Assembly: GCF_036321535.1 (NCBI RefSeq)
Contig: NC_087436.1
Span: 38,566,001-38,630,000, forward strand
DNA length: 64,000 nucleotides
Direction of reading: 5' to 3'
Source: Camelus dromedarius
Taxonomy: Eukaryota
The notes under the pieces were generated by a model that worked only from the letters and a program-made list of their open reading frames with translations, was not told where the DNA came from and searched no databases. The translations under genes were made by a program, and so were the position numbers. Below are positions 63,136 through 64,000 of this stretch, piece after piece (positions within the stretch are counted from its first letter, which is position 1; each line of letters starts with the position of its first letter).

Positions 63136-63541
63136 TGTGAGATGTCTGAGAGTTTATCTTGCTTGCAAGATAATAAGTAACCTGCTGCAATTTCATAGAT
63201 GCTGAGAGAAGACAGGAGCTCCGTGGTCAGACACAAAGGATTTGTTACTTACAGCACAGTAGGCAATGTGAGCTTTATGGTTATACTGTCTCCCTTACCA
63301 AGCAAATCACAGAGGGGTATTGTGCACACAGTACACTTGTGTTACAGCTGAAAAACTACAAGCTTGGGAATCCTCAATATTTTGAAGGAGCTGCTAGCAA
63401 GTCTGCCCAACCTTCTCCCCCACAGGGGAATATTATCTTTATTATTGTGACAGTATTCCTAGCTTCCATCCTTAAAAACATAACCTGGGATAGAGGCTGT
63501 CACAGATGTGTAGAAACACCATGGACAACTGCCCCCCAAAA
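63136..63541 (-). mobile_element. ERVL LTR of the MER54/MER74 group
   Basis: cttgcaagataataagtaacctgc...tttcatagatgctgagagaagacagg...ggtcagacacaaaggatttgttacttacagca...gaaacaccatggacaactg. Confidence 0.65.
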
Positions 63542-64000
63542 AGTCTTTTACTCTTTGCCTTCAGATTCACTTTCTAAAGGACCCATGCTAAGGTATATAA
63601 TCATTAGAGTCATTCATTTTTTCAGTTTCTGGATATTCCCCAAATCTTCCTCTGCATCCCTACTTTACCAATTTTTACTCTATTCTATACCCTGGGAGGT
63701 TGACCTGCAAGGGCCTTTAACCTTCATTTGTGTTTAGTCTGAGGGTGAGGAGTGGGGTCAGAATAATTTTTCCCCTGCCCCTCACCCCCTGGTTTTGTCA
63801 TAGTGTTGGCTTCTTTCAGGAGGAAATTGGTCCAACAGCTAGTTTACAGTTTTATCTTTTGTTTACAGAACACAGAAAATGTCTAATGTTTTTATTATCA
63901 AACAAGATAAGGATTACTGGTAATTAGAATAAATCATACATGACATGACTTGAAAAAACAGATTTTAATTACCTTAGTTAACAATATACTTTGTTGGAAA

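Noticed and set aside
1..64000. CRISPR array, prokaryotic operon, tRNA/rRNA genes, CpG island
   Set aside because: None seen. The short direct repeats occur as isolated pairs without spacers, and the sequence is mammalian and CpG-depleted throughout.

Overview
AT-rich, CpG-poor mammalian genomic DNA, intergenic or deep intronic, with no protein-coding gene, RNA gene or CpG island that I can recognise. The lineage-specific LINE-1 3' ends (...tgtacaccagaaattgacacaacattgtaaactgactatacttcaat-polyA) and the absence of ruminant, pig, carnivore or primate SINEs point to a camelid (camel, llama or alpaca); this is recalled from known consensus sequences and was not searched. Roughly half or more of the window is transposon-derived: old eutherian L2, MIR, L1M, MaLR and ERVL LTRs and hAT/Tigger DNA elements, overlaid by younger camelid-type L1 insertions with visible target-site duplications (TSDs). 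The notable structures are a twin-primed 5'-inverted L1 with a perfect 13-bp TSD (34.3-36.0 kb), two nested-element stacks (3.5-5.9 kb and 31.1-32.3 kb), a decayed ERVL provirus of about 4.3 kb with gag/pro/pol remnants split by an MLT2 solo LTR, L1 micro-insertions of about 55-220 bp, recurrent microsatellite birth at one L1 site, and a 65-nt pre-miRNA-sized hairpin inside an MLT1C LTR. A few splice-signal-bounded candidate exons are weak leads only. I found no convincing evidence of a novel biological system. Subfamily names come from remembered consensus motifs and the boundaries of old elements are approximate.
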